Numbered from the stretch's first letter, positions 40,197-49,911 are shown. The stretch: 64,000 nucleotides of DNA from a virus (IMGVR_UViG_3300033121_001553:1-64000); one strand, 5' to 3'. The notes: a model not told the origin generated them from the sequence alone. Numbers and translations: made by a program.

Positions 40197-41699
40197 TAAG
40201 ACTTCTAGATAAAACTTTGGTCTAAAATTCATCGACACACCGTAGAATTTTAGATACGTTTGTATCGCGTTGTGCGTAAAGAGATAGAAGCCTTCTTCTG
40301 TAATGACAACGAGCGCCGTTGAACCAACAAATGCATTACCAACATTGAGTCTATCATTGATTTCTGTTATATACGATGTTGGATCAGCGTACTCAGTTCC
40401 AACTGCTGCTACTGCATCTGCTAGACTTACGATGCCATCTTCGTACGTGTATTCTGACTTGCTACCGAGTAGCTTCGCAAGTTTAACGAGTTTCGCTGTT
40501 TCAAGTTCACGCAGTTCATACGCTATATCTGGATCTATGTTGAGTAGCGTCTCTATCGCTGTTGTTCTTGCATCGAACATCTTGTACGGAAAAAGTTTTG
40601 TAAGCTCCCACATCGCGCGCATAATACCGTGTATGTTCGATATGAATGGCTCTGTTAGGGTTCCGCTGCTAAATGTCTTTTCGTAATGACTAATGAAATT
40701 TTTTGCGTACTCTGAAATCTTTATGATTTTTTCTATATTTGGAAGCTTTGCTATTGCTGAACGTGGTATCGAGCTGTAGACACTAACGTAACGTTTTATC
40801 GTGTTGAATATCTTAGAATACTCGACGTACACAGTTGAAGTAAACTCGCTTGATCCATGCACACCTGCGCGTATTACTGGACCGCTACTTCTTGTTATGC
40901 TTTTTACTTCGAGCTTCTGTCCGCCAGGTAGCAGCACATCGTACGTAAATGTATCAGAGCTTGATCTCTGACCGTTGAAAAGTGCGGCGACGAGCATCTC
41001 GCCGTCAGCGTCATCTTTCGATATGCGCAGCGAACGTGCATCGTAGTATTTCTCGTTACCGTCAGCGTCAACGTACGGTACACGATTCCACGGGACAAGT
41101 TCGTTATCATTGTGCAATGTGATGAACGACTCGTACGTTACGGGTGAACCGTAACTGCGTGTTGCCGACTTATCAAACTTCTGCTCTTTCTCAACTGCGC
41201 TAACAATCGCGTAGTCACTCATCTCAGGAAACATCATCGAGATACGTCGCTGTAGAACAGCAGGTATCGATGGACGCTTCTTTAGGAGCGCTGCTATGTT
41301 TCGTCCAACAGAGTCTTGCGTAGTTTCATATTCGCTATCAAATGCCAGCTTATACGCATCAGAAGTATCTATTGTTGTACCATCTGACAGCTTTACATCT
41401 GTATGAAATGAAAGATACGAAGCAACAAGCTCATTAAACGCATCACGTTGTTCTTCGTTGGCAGTTTTAAGAACATCGTGTATTACAGTAGCACCGATCT
41501 TTCTATTACTACCTGGCTTTAGTATCTTAGTCGCTGACGTAAGAAATTTTTGTGTATCTTCATTTTCGTGAAACAGGTCCCACAAGCCAATGAGCGCGTT
41601 TATTTTTGCGAATTCTTTAACACGCTTATCAAGCAAACCTTCATACAGCAAAAATTCATTCGCTATATTTTCTTTTAGCTGGCTTAGCCTCATTCTCAT
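40197..41699 (-). CDS. Leader-bearing protein with a PD-(D/E)xK nuclease-like domain; ends TTA-TAA
   Basis: MRMRLSQLKENI leader; GEMLVAALF...YDV.....KLEVKS. Confidence 0.6.
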
Positions 41700-42304
41700 A
41701 TTTTTGGAGTTATTGGTAGAGGTGCTGGTGACTTTTCTTTTTGCGATGATGTAGCAGCTGGTTTAACTTGCGGTTTCTGTTCACCTGCTCCCTGCTGATC
41801 ATTTTCTTTTTTCTCTGCGTACGCAAAAGTTATTCCAGGCTTTGGCATGTTGCCTGGTGCTATAGCGAGTTCACCGGGCAACTCTCCAGTGACGATCTGA
41901 CCGATACCCTTAAAGAACGAAATCATCGCAAGTTTTTCCATTGGAGAGAGCGCGTTGATATACTTCGTCAGCTGAGCTTTTACTTTATCGTCTTTGAACG
42001 ACTTGCCTGCTCGTATAACGTTCAGCTTCGCGATAATGTTCTCTATGCTGATGTTATTTACGTCTGCAAGTGCAGACACCATCACGCGTTGTTTCATCGC
42101 GTCGTTCATAGCGTTTACGTCAGTGCCAGGTGGAAGACCAGCTGCCTGCTGATTCGCTGCTGCATTTGCTGGTGGCTGTGAAGCGTCTGCCTGCGGCTGA
42201 GCTGGAACTGGTAGTTCGTCTGCTTCTCTCAATGACTTCTTTTTTGCGACTGTTTCGTTAATGACAGAAGCAAAAAGTGAATTAACATTTATTTTCTCAT
42301 TCAT
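41696..42304 (-). CDS. Hypothetical (probable head-associated) protein
   Basis: P/Q/A-rich linkers; KLNVIRAGKSFKD core. Confidence 0.7.
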   Translation of the reverse strand: MNEKINVNSLFASVINETVAKKKSLREADELPVPAQPQADASQPPANAAANQQAAGLPPGTDVNAMNDAMKQRVMVSALADVNNISIENIIAKLNVIRAGKSFKDDKVKAQLTKYINALSPMEKLAMISFFKGIGQIVTGELPGELAIAPGNMPKPGITFAYAEKKENDQQGAGEQKPQVKPAATSSQKEKSPAPLPITPKI

Positions 42305-42492
42305 TTCTTGACACCGTAGTAAGTTCTACCAGCTGGTCTCTCGTGATGCAGTCTCATGTAACGCTTGTAAGGATGCTCAGCGTCTTCAGAGACCGTTCCT
42401 GTTAGCTTCTTTGATGTTTCATTCGCTATTGCAGCGTCAACAAATTTATCAAAGTAACCGCCTGTTTCATTATCTTCTTTTTCGTCGCTCAT
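42301..42492 (-). CDS. Small hypothetical protein
   Basis: 63 aa; ATGA coupling. Confidence 0.6.
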   Translation of the reverse strand: MSDEKEDNETGGYFDKFVDAAIANETSKKLTGTVSEDAEHPYKRYMRLHHERPAGRTYYGVKK

Positions 42493-42493
42493 A

Positions 42494-42907
42494 TCAACCT
42501 CTAAAACTAACTACAATCGTCGCGCCGTTATCGTCGATACTATGCAATGCAGCATCAATAGGTATACAGCTGTTACATTCGTAAATCACGCTATCTTCAT
42601 TGTACGCGAACAGCACGCTAAACATCTTACCGCTTAGAAATGATTTCACAATTTCAACAGCAGACTCAACACTGTTTATTCTGAAACTGAATTCTAGTTT
42701 CTTTGATGTATTTATCGAAGACGCGTCAAATGAGTCTACGCTTACAGTTACATCGATATCTTCGTTGCTAAATGAAAGAAACGGTCGAAACTTTGCTGTA
42801 ACGCTTAGCTTCGCCGTTTCACGATCAGAGTAGTCAGCTATCTGATCTGCTATTTCTTCTGATGCTAGATAGACTTCGTCTTCATTGTCTTTCGTCAACG
42901 ATCTCAT
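42494..42907 (-). CDS. Hypothetical protein
   Basis: Start at MRSLTKD; an in-frame TTA upstream excludes the track's start. Confidence 0.65.
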   Translation of the reverse strand: MRSLTKDNEDEVYLASEEIADQIADYSDRETAKLSVTAKFRPFLSFSNEDIDVTVSVDSFDASSINTSKKLEFSFRINSVESAVEIVKSFLSGKMFSVLFAYNEDSVIYECNSCIPIDAALHSIDDNGATIVVSFRG

Positions 42908-43232
42908 AAGCGTTGATTGTAACAATTTCTTTGTAAACTTTATCGATATAATTCGTTGCAGTCACAGTTGACTGTTCTGGCTTCGTTCCACTTGGCGCTG
43001 ATGTTCCGACTCTCACGAATACGCTTCTGCCTGCGTAAGTCACTTCTATGTCTGTTGCATCGCGTTGTTCAAATGTTAGCAGCGAAACAATAAATTCATT
43101 TCTTAGTTGAAGATCAGCGAAGTCGTATGTTCGATACATAATCGAATTGCTGACTTCCCACTTTTGCATTGCTGCAATTGGGAATTTCTTAACAGGATTT
43201 TTATTTACTTTTATCGCCGCTACGTTTATCAC
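42882..43232 (-). CDS. Pterin-4a-carbinolamine dehydratase (PCD/DCoH)-like, degenerate
   Basis: W......RTYDF......EF........E....I......V.V...T; lacks the HHP motif. Confidence 0.5.
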   Translation of the reverse strand: MINVAAIKVNKNPVKKFPIAAMQKWEVSNSIMYRTYDFADLQLRNEFIVSLLTFEQRDATDIEVTYAGRSVFVRVGTSAPSGTKPEQSTVTATNYIDKVYKEIVTINAYEIVDERQ

Positions 43233-43242
43233 AAAATTACCT

Positions 43243-43893
43243 TTATTTTTTCTTTGTGCCCATTGTCAGGTCACCAGGGCCAGTGCCCCAAGCACGTTTT
43301 CCACCAATCGCACCAGATCCGCCACCAAGCTTTAGATCACCAGAAGAAAAACCAGATCCGCCGCCGCCAGTTCCTGCGAATGGACTGCTACCGTGCGCTG
43401 ATGACATCGAACCTCTGAAGCCTTTCACATTTTCGCGTGCAACGAACTTGAATCCTATCTTAAGCAGTTCTGCTTTGATGTCTTTCGTCAATGTTGTTGA
43501 CGCTTTTTCGACATTACGTCCTGCTATAGCTGACTGGTAATTCCTTGCCAACGCTTGGAGCTCAGCAGCGCTGAACTCTTCTTCATCGTTATCAAGCTTG
43601 TAGTTGACAAAATTTTCGAAACTCTCAAATTCAGGCATCGCACGAAGTTCTTCGATCTCTTCATCGAATGCGTTGTCTTCAACTTTGCTGTAGTGCCCGT
43701 GGCTAGCACCGCGTTTGATGCTATGCTTACGCTCAAGCTTATCTTCATCATCTTCAAGGTACTTTAGATCTGTCGGTGTAAGATCTGTAAAACCAGGCGG
43801 TAGATCAAAAAATCCTTTTGGCTTTGGCGTTGCTTCTAGCACAAGAAGATGTTTTACATAGCTTTCGATAAGAAACTTGAAATTTGAATTCAT
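43243..43893 (-). CDS. Hypothetical (putative internal head) protein; a separate gene, not a nitrilase fusion
   Basis: ATG at 43893 (MNSNFKFLIESYVKHLLVLEA); TATTTA at 43904-43909; Gly-rich C-terminus. Confidence 0.75.
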   Translation of the reverse strand: MNSNFKFLIESYVKHLLVLEATPKPKGFFDLPPGFTDLTPTDLKYLEDDEDKLERKHSIKRGASHGHYSKVEDNAFDEEIEELRAMPEFESFENFVNYKLDNDEEEFSAAELQALARNYQSAIAGRNVEKASTTLTKDIKAELLKIGFKFVARENVKGFRGSMSSAHGSSPFAGTGGGGSGFSSGDLKLGGGSGAIGGKRAWGTGPGDLTMGTKKK

Positions 43894-43977
43894 AGCGCAT
43901 GCATAAATACACATCGCTAAGCAAGTTAATACTACGAATATCTCTAATCTAACTCCCCGTCTCAGATGAGGATTTAG

Positions 43978-44724
43978 TAAAACTTTAACAAGAAGTATCG
44001 ACTGTGATGAGTCTGACGTTGACTGAACATTTAGTCTTCTGTCAATAATCGTGCTGCTTCCAAAACAGTCTTCTCCTTCGTTAACGTTTCCTATTCTATT
44101 TGCAACGATAACAGCAGCGTCGAGTTCTTCTGCGAGTTGTATCCACTCATCTAGCGGACCAGCTGTTTTACCAGTTGCAGAACATGGTACGGCAACGATA
44201 TCAACAGAACCCTTCTTATAGAATTGAACATTTCGTTTGCCGTAGAACGGATGCGATTCACGGTAAAGATTTCTGCTATCACCAGAGATAAGCAAACCAA
44301 CTCGACCAAACGGCGTCATCGCAACTGGTGAAGGATCATCGCCAGGCATCGCCCAAACATGCTCATTACGATGAAGATTGTGTTTACGTGTTTTTGCTAC
44401 AATACTTCCCGCTGGATCAACGAGAGCTGCTGAGTCGTATATACCTCCCTCATTCAGCTCTACGTATCCAAACGCGATATAGCACGCGTTGTCTAGCGCA
44501 AGCTCAGATATGAACTGCAGCTCGCTGCTATCGCTCGTTTGCGCGTGTTCTATCGCTTCGTCTATGGTTGAGATCTTGCTACCGTTGAACGAACGTTCTG
44601 GCAAAACGATGAGCTTTGCGCCGCCAAGCGCAGCAGCACGAACCATCGCTGCGATCTTTTTCTTCATTTGATCTTGCGACTTCTCATCCCTATACTGCAG
44701 CGCAGCTACTTTCACAGAGCTCAT
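43978..44724 (-). CDS. Carbon-nitrogen hydrolase (nitrilase) family; ends at TTA
   Basis: VAALQ, LIVLPE, YDSA, RKHNL, GLLISGD, VANR.G; 248 aa when stopped at TTA 43978-43980. Confidence 0.85.
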
Positions 44725-44728
44725 CGTT

Positions 44729-45394
44729 TTATACTCCTATTTGTAATACAGCACCACGTGCAATGTCGCTCTTAAGTCTTGACATATCGCGTGGAGAAGC
44801 TGTGTATCCAAGCATATCAGCCTTCTTACGACCAATAGACTTTGCATCTTTTACTACCTGATCAGCAAGCTCTTCCCACGTTTCATCTTCGCTTGGGCCT
44901 TGGCGCATGTAGAAATCATTGAAGGCAGCTGATGTTGCCATAACTTCAGACTGATTTTCGATAAGAAAATTTATTTCATCGTCAGTTGGCGGATCTTCGC
45001 TTGACTTAAGCATCGACAGATAGTCAAAAAATGCTTCATCAAGTATGTCTTTGATCTTCTCGATATGCTCTTCTGTGATTCCAAGAAATACATACGGATT
45101 GTTAAGCTTCTCAAGCGTTACGAATTCGATCCTCTTAACGCCGCTAACTGTTAGGCCAAGCGCATCAGCAACGTCTTCAAGCTTTTTGCCGCCTTCAAGC
45201 GATCTGTAACGACGTCTCTCAGCGTCTTCCTGATCATCTTCAAGCTCATCTTCACGTGTCCAACGACCGCCTGGCGCGTATGTATCGTCGATCTCGTTTA
45301 GTCTCTGTGACTTTTTGTTTGCAGCTTCAGCAAGCTTTCTGCTGATTATCTTGCGTACTTGTGAACGAATGACTTTTTCTAGTTGCTTATCCAT
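44729..45394 (-). CDS. Leader-bearing protein with a sigma70 region-4-like HTH
   Basis: KLEDVADALGLTVSGVKRIE...LEKL; TATTTA upstream. Confidence 0.6.
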   Translation of the reverse strand: MDKQLEKVIRSQVRKIISRKLAEAANKKSQRLNEIDDTYAPGGRWTREDELEDDQEDAERRRYRSLEGGKKLEDVADALGLTVSGVKRIEFVTLEKLNNPYVFLGITEEHIEKIKDILDEAFFDYLSMLKSSEDPPTDDEINFLIENQSEVMATSAAFNDFYMRQGPSEDETWEELADQVVKDAKSIGRKKADMLGYTASPRDMSRLKSDIARGAVLQIGV

Positions 45395-45420
45395 TTTTGC
45401 TGTCCCCGCTTAAATAGCAT

Positions 45421-45717
45421 TAATTTTTCTTGAGTCGCTGTAACGTTTGGATTACCAAAACGCGCATCAGTCCAGCGTCTACCAAAATATAGCCCAAGCA
45501 GCGGTACAAAATACGCTGTTGCTGCTGTTGAATCGAATTGTCTTATGTTCACTGGACCGATTTTTTCAAATATGCTTAGCATGTAAGCAAGTGTTGTTAC
45601 CCAAAACGATATGGTTACAAACGTAACAGTGATGCTAGGGTATCCAGCGCTGTCTTTTATCCATAGCCAACTTGCTGCTGGCGTGATCTCTTTTGACTCA
45701 TTATTTTCGTTAGCCAT
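45421..45717 (-). CDS. Holin-like two-TM membrane protein; ends at TTA
   Basis: Two TM segments, LGLYFGRRWT; TTA at 45421-45423. Confidence 0.55.
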
Positions 45718-45721
45718 AAGA

Positions 45722-46165
45722 CTATTTAGCTATCAGCGCTACTATCGCTGCACCAATACCAGCACCAACTGCGATTGCTGCTATGTGTGTTACGTAAAAA
45801 AGCGCAGATGGTTTCGACGCTTCAACAGCAAGTCTTTCGGCCGCAATAGCACGTTCTTCAGCTGCTGTTTTTGTCGCTGTCAAAATTCGTACTTCACGTT
45901 CGTGTTCTGCGTCTCGCTGCATGAAATTTTTCTCATATTCAAGCTGCAGACGTTTACGTTCTTGTTCTAGCGCAAGCTGCATTTTATTCTGCTGGTACGT
46001 TGCGTCAGCTATCATTGTCGCTGCGGCGGCTTGATTCAGCAATGTGCCTGGCCACGGCGCAGTATCTCCCTGTTTCAAGTACGTTACTGCTGGTTTGTCC
46101 TGCGCATAAGATACTGACGTTATAAACAACGTTCCTATAACTGTAACAGTCCAAAGCTTTTTCAT
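45722..46165 (-). CDS. Secreted coiled-coil protein with a C-terminal TM (spanin-like)
   Basis: Signal peptide, coiled coil, hydrophobic C-terminus. Confidence 0.5.
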   Translation of the reverse strand: MKKLWTVTVIGTLFITSVSYAQDKPAVTYLKQGDTAPWPGTLLNQAAAATMIADATYQQNKMQLALEQERKRLQLEYEKNFMQRDAEHEREVRILTATKTAAEERAIAAERLAVEASKPSALFYVTHIAAIAVGAGIGAAIVALIAK

Positions 46166-46551
46166 CTTTTCGCCTCAAAGTCAGCGCCAATAACATCAGC
46201 AAGCTTACGTGCAAGCTCTTCTGGTGAGTCATTTGACTCTTTTATGATTTTTTCAATCTCATCGCGCTTTCGTTTCTCTAGTTCATCAAGCGAAATCTTA
46301 TACTGCTGCTCAAGCTGCGCAAGCTTATCTTGATACTCTCGTTCTGCCGTCTCTCGCTTTCGTTGTTCTTCTTCATACGCTCGTTTTGTCTCGTCTATCT
46401 CGCGTTGACGTATCTTTCTTTCTTCGCTAAGAAGTTCTATCTGCTGAGACAACGAATGTTGACGACCAAAAAATACCCATGCGATAACTGCACCGATGAT
46501 CGCAAATCCCCAACCGATCCATGCAAATGCTTTTTTAATTTTTTCGATCAT
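46162..46551 (-). CDS. N-terminal TM plus coiled-coil protein (i-spanin/Rz-like)
   Basis: TM segment followed by a long charged coiled coil. Confidence 0.55.
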   Translation of the reverse strand: MIEKIKKAFAWIGWGFAIIGAVIAWVFFGRQHSLSQQIELLSEERKIRQREIDETKRAYEEEQRKRETAEREYQDKLAQLEQQYKISLDELEKRKRDEIEKIIKESNDSPEELARKLADVIGADFEAKR

Positions 46552-46745
46552 AACTTTCTTCTGTTATCCAACGAATTTGATATTCTTGTAAGTTTTCTAT
46601 TGACATCATCGATGCCAGACAGCACTGACTGCTGACGCAAAGAAACGTCTGCAAGACCAGCCCACAGACGTTTTATCTCATCAGAGTCTTGTATCGATTC
46701 TGTAACAAGACGCGCTATTATTTTCTTTATGTAAGCTCTTATCAT
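46551..46745 (-). CDS. Small hypothetical protein; ends at TTA overlapping the next ATG
   Basis: MIRAYIKKIIARLVTES; TTATGA junction. Confidence 0.55.
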
Positions 46746-47106
46746 CAGACAAGATTTTCTCATAAATCTCGTCGATGTTTATGCCATTTTCATTTTTTTC
46801 TACTTGTTTTTCTTTGCGCTGCTCAGACACAGTCATTTGATCAAGAATACGTTGCGCTTCTATTTCTTGAAATGATTTTTCACCTCTGTGTATAAGCGAA
46901 ACCGCTGCTTCATCACCAGAACAAAATTTATCGATGAATACAGCAACAATTTTTTCTAGACTCATACGATGCAACTTGGCTGCATCTCTCCCGCGACACA
47001 AAAGATCTGTTGGCACAAATATTGTTGTGTCGCCTGCATCAACATGTTTTAGATAAAGATTTGACCATATTCTATTTTTGAGCTTCATTCTATTTTTGAG
47101 CTTCAA
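46681..47106 (-). CDS. Hypothetical protein
   Basis: 141 aa; duplicated MKLKNR start. Confidence 0.6.
   Translation of the reverse strand: MKLKNRMKLKNRIWSNLYLKHVDAGDTTIFVPTDLLCRGRDAAKLHRMSLEKIVAVFIDKFCSGDEAAVSLIHRGEKSFQEIEAQRILDQMTVSEQRKEKQVEKNENGINIDEIYEKILSDDKSLHKENNSASCYRIDTRL
47069..47104. repeat. 18-bp perfect tandem duplication
   Basis: attctatttttgagcttc twice. Confidence 0.9.
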
Positions 47107-47666
47107 GCTTCTCCAGACTCGCCCGCTCTATCTGCATTCGGTGCTGTGAACGAAGCATCGCGTTCAGCGCGCGAAACACCGATCTTGTACCCATGATTCT
47201 TCATTGTCGCTTGAAAAGAATCGCGTATTTCAGCGCTGTAATTTTCAAGTCGCTTCAGCGCTCTTCTGTGAAGCGTGTTTCTGTACTCAAGCAGACCTTC
47301 GTGATTCTCTATGAGACGTATAACATCACTTGCGAATGACTCAACATCGAACGTCTGTTCAGAGTCGTCTCCATCTTCAGTGAGCGCATTCGTTTCAGCT
47401 TTTGTAAAGTACGAGTCAACTTGCGAGTCAAGCGAGTCACCTGGTGATGAAGACTTTTTTTCTTTTTTCTTATCATCTTCTTTATCACCATCATCTTCTG
47501 ATTTTTCTGTACCATCTGTAGGTGGCTTCGGAGGTTCACCAGCTGGTGGAGCAGCGCCTCCTGTTGGCTGCGAAGGAGCACCAAGCCCAGCAAGCGGGTC
47601 TTGATCTGCTTCAGCAAGCAGAGAGAGCACGATTCTTCTGCGTAGTTCGCTTAGTCGCATCTTCAT
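47103..47666 (-). CDS. Leader-bearing acidic/Pro-rich (putative internal head) protein
   Basis: MKMRLSELRRRIVLSLLAEA; DSLDSQVD.YF; FASDVIRLIEN. Confidence 0.75.
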   Translation of the reverse strand: MKMRLSELRRRIVLSLLAEADQDPLAGLGAPSQPTGGAAPPAGEPPKPPTDGTEKSEDDGDKEDDKKKEKKSSSPGDSLDSQVDSYFTKAETNALTEDGDDSEQTFDVESFASDVIRLIENHEGLLEYRNTLHRRALKRLENYSAEIRDSFQATMKNHGYKIGVSRAERDASFTAPNADRAGESGEA

Positions 47667-48364
47667 CGCATTACCCTCGCGATCGTCTCAGTGCGTTCAA
47701 ATCGTGATTCGATCACTTTCCAGTTTAGCTCTTTCATTTGAGCAACTACGTAAGACTTTTTATCGTCTAGGTAGTCTTTGTAGTAAGCATGCGACCACAT
47801 ATCGATAACAACAACTGGTATAAGCCCTACCATAACACCGTACGAATGCTCGTCAATTATCACGTTGACGTAACGTTTCAACGGTACGCTGTATCCAGTT
47901 ACGACCCAACCTTCTCTTGCTGATAGGGCACACGCTAGAAGATCAGCTTGCCACTTTGAAAAGTCACCGAAGTCTCTCTCGAGCCTCATGTACGCTTTCG
48001 TATCAACGTGTATTTCGCTACGTGGATCGAAGCAATTTTCAAAGTAAAGTTCATGAAGGTAGACTGCATTCGCATTGCGCGCTTCATCTAGCTTCAAAGA
48101 ACGAAAGTCGTATCTATTCGGGTTAGCTTCTACTTTCGTTGCTGTATCCAGCTCAGCAGACGTTTTGTTAAGCGCGTCTATGTACCCTTTGTACAGTCGC
48201 GTATGCGCATCCTTCGTTTTCTGCGAAACGAATTCTGTTGTCTGCTTAAACGTTTGTTGCTGCAAAGCGTAGGCTTCCGTCGTTACAGCTTCTTTCGACG
48301 CTTCACCTTTCGCTGCAGCAATAATGTTAATTATTTTGCGTTGCGCAGATTCACTAAGTTTCAT
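47663..48364 (-). CDS. Fe/Mn superoxide dismutase family protein with an N-terminal extension
   Basis: AH..LYKGY, LHELYF, GWVV, IDMWSHAYY.DY; start MKLSESAQRKII after TATTTA. Confidence 0.88.
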   Translation of the reverse strand: MKLSESAQRKIINIIAAAKGEASKEAVTTEAYALQQQTFKQTTEFVSQKTKDAHTRLYKGYIDALNKTSAELDTATKVEANPNRYDFRSLKLDEARNANAVYLHELYFENCFDPRSEIHVDTKAYMRLERDFGDFSKWQADLLACALSAREGWVVTGYSVPLKRYVNVIIDEHSYGVMVGLIPVVVIDMWSHAYYKDYLDDKKSYVVAQMKELNWKVIESRFERTETIARVMR

Positions 48365-48380
48365 ATCGTATCTAAATACA

Positions 48381-48938
48381 TCAGAGCCTAACCTTTGGAT
48401 GACATTTATAGCAGCGCGACTCGTAAATGTCGAGCCCACCAACTTTGATGTCTTCGTTATCATCAAGCTTCTTATACGTGTAGTGCGCTTCATCTCCGCA
48501 AGATACGCAGACAGCTGTACACTTAACAACTTCTGTTGCCCACTGATACAATGAAGTTATTCTTTGAAACTGCTTACAACTAGCTGTCATGTCCAACGAA
48601 GCTACAGAGATAGATACGCCTGTTCTATAAAGCGATACAAGCGCTTCTCCAATATCTTCAATCATAAACGCTTCATCAACAGCAATATGCTGAGGTACAG
48701 ACGTTTCATTTATGATTGAATGCAAAATATCGTTACCACTTGTAACTGGTGTAGCAAGCAGTCGCTTTCCGTCATGTGTTACAATCTCATGTACGTTGCT
48801 GTACCTATCGTCGATCTTTGGCTTGAAGAGCATCACACGCTTTTTTGCTATAACACTTCTTTTTGCGTCTTCAAGCAAGCGTGTCGTTTTTCCGCTTGCC
48901 ATTGGACCAACATAAAGCTTGAAAAACGGTCTAATCAT
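48381..48938 (-). CDS. tdk: Thymidine kinase
   Basis: GPMASGKTT, KPKIDDRY, VDEAF, CVSCG, VGG..IYESRCYKC. Confidence 0.93.
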   Translation of the reverse strand: MIRPFFKLYVGPMASGKTTRLLEDAKRSVIAKKRVMLFKPKIDDRYSNVHEIVTHDGKRLLATPVTSGNDILHSIINETSVPQHIAVDEAFMIEDIGEALVSLYRTGVSISVASLDMTASCKQFQRITSLYQWATEVVKCTAVCVSCGDEAHYTYKKLDDNEDIKVGGLDIYESRCYKCHPKVRL

Positions 48939-48942
48939 TATT

Positions 48943-49911
48943 TCACTCCAAGAAGTATTCCCATGCATTATCATAATGAGACGATGAAGTAAGTTCACGT
49001 TTAATATCAGTGTACGCATCGATTTCTTTTGCATGACGCAGTACGAGCTGAACTGCGAAGTTGTAACAACACGTATTTTCCCATCGCTTCGCGAACTTCA
49101 TCATACGTTCACGTCCCGCGAATACCAAATTCGATGCATCAATAAAAAATTCGTTCCACAACGTTCTACCAGAACCGAGATTAAGATCTTTCATCGAACG
49201 CATTGGAAAATTCAACGGCGGAAATTCTTCTGCAATACGAGCTAGCATACCGTAGTGTTTCTCGTAAACATGCAAGCTATCGCTAATGTGGTAATACTGT
49301 CCAACACCAACATTAAGCTCGTTTGCCATTGCTTCTTGAAACAGAGTAAACGCTGGCACATCGTAGACAAGTCCAAGAATAATATCAGACGATCTCATGT
49401 GCACCATCAAGTCAAGCGCACCGTTTCTTATCATGAAGTGCAAACTAAGCGTGCAAGGAACATCTTTCGACTCGACGAGAGAATCATTCATTGTACGAAT
49501 ATGAATAACAGCTCGTCTGCTGTCTGGATCCTTCATCAGTTCTTCAACAACGTACTTCCACTGATCTACACCAGCTTTAAGCGAAGGATGAATACCGTAT
49601 ATTCTTGCACCGTAAGCCGACTCTGCGATATCGTTGCCATTCGAGATGCCAGACCAGAACTTCGCGTAGTCGCTTATCCACTTAGTTGAATAGCATCCAG
49701 CGGCGTACCAAGTAAATTCTGCCGCCAAGTAAGAAGGCGATAGATTTCTTGACTTGAAACGTGGCAGTCTATCAAGCGGATTTTCAATACAGAACGATTT
49801 GAAAATCAACTCTTTCGTTTTCTGCCCTCTTGGACATGTTTCTGCACCGTCACGTAGCAACTCATTTGCAAGTGCACCGTATGCTGCTGTAAAACTATTA
49901 TACGTTTTCAT
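48943..49911 (-). CDS. Thymidylate-synthase-superfamily enzyme, likely a dCMP hydroxymethylase
   Basis: DPDSRRA, VPCT, MRSSD..LGLVYD with Asp at the position where dUMP-specific ThyA has Asn; SLHVYE. Confidence 0.8.
   Translation of the reverse strand: MKTYNSFTAAYGALANELLRDGAETCPRGQKTKELIFKSFCIENPLDRLPRFKSRNLSPSYLAAEFTWYAAGCYSTKWISDYAKFWSGISNGNDIAESAYGARIYGIHPSLKAGVDQWKYVVEELMKDPDSRRAVIHIRTMNDSLVESKDVPCTLSLHFMIRNGALDLMVHMRSSDIILGLVYDVPAFTLFQEAMANELNVGVGQYYHISDSLHVYEKHYGMLARIAEEFPPLNFPMRSMKDLNLGSGRTLWNEFFIDASNLVFAGRERMMKFAKRWENTCCYNFAVQLVLRHAKEIDAYTDIKRELTSSSHYDNAWEYFLE

Noticed and set aside
43243-44724. Novel nitrilase-head protein fusion (493 aa)
   Set aside because: Four in-frame TTAs and an internal promoter plus ATG indicate two genes.
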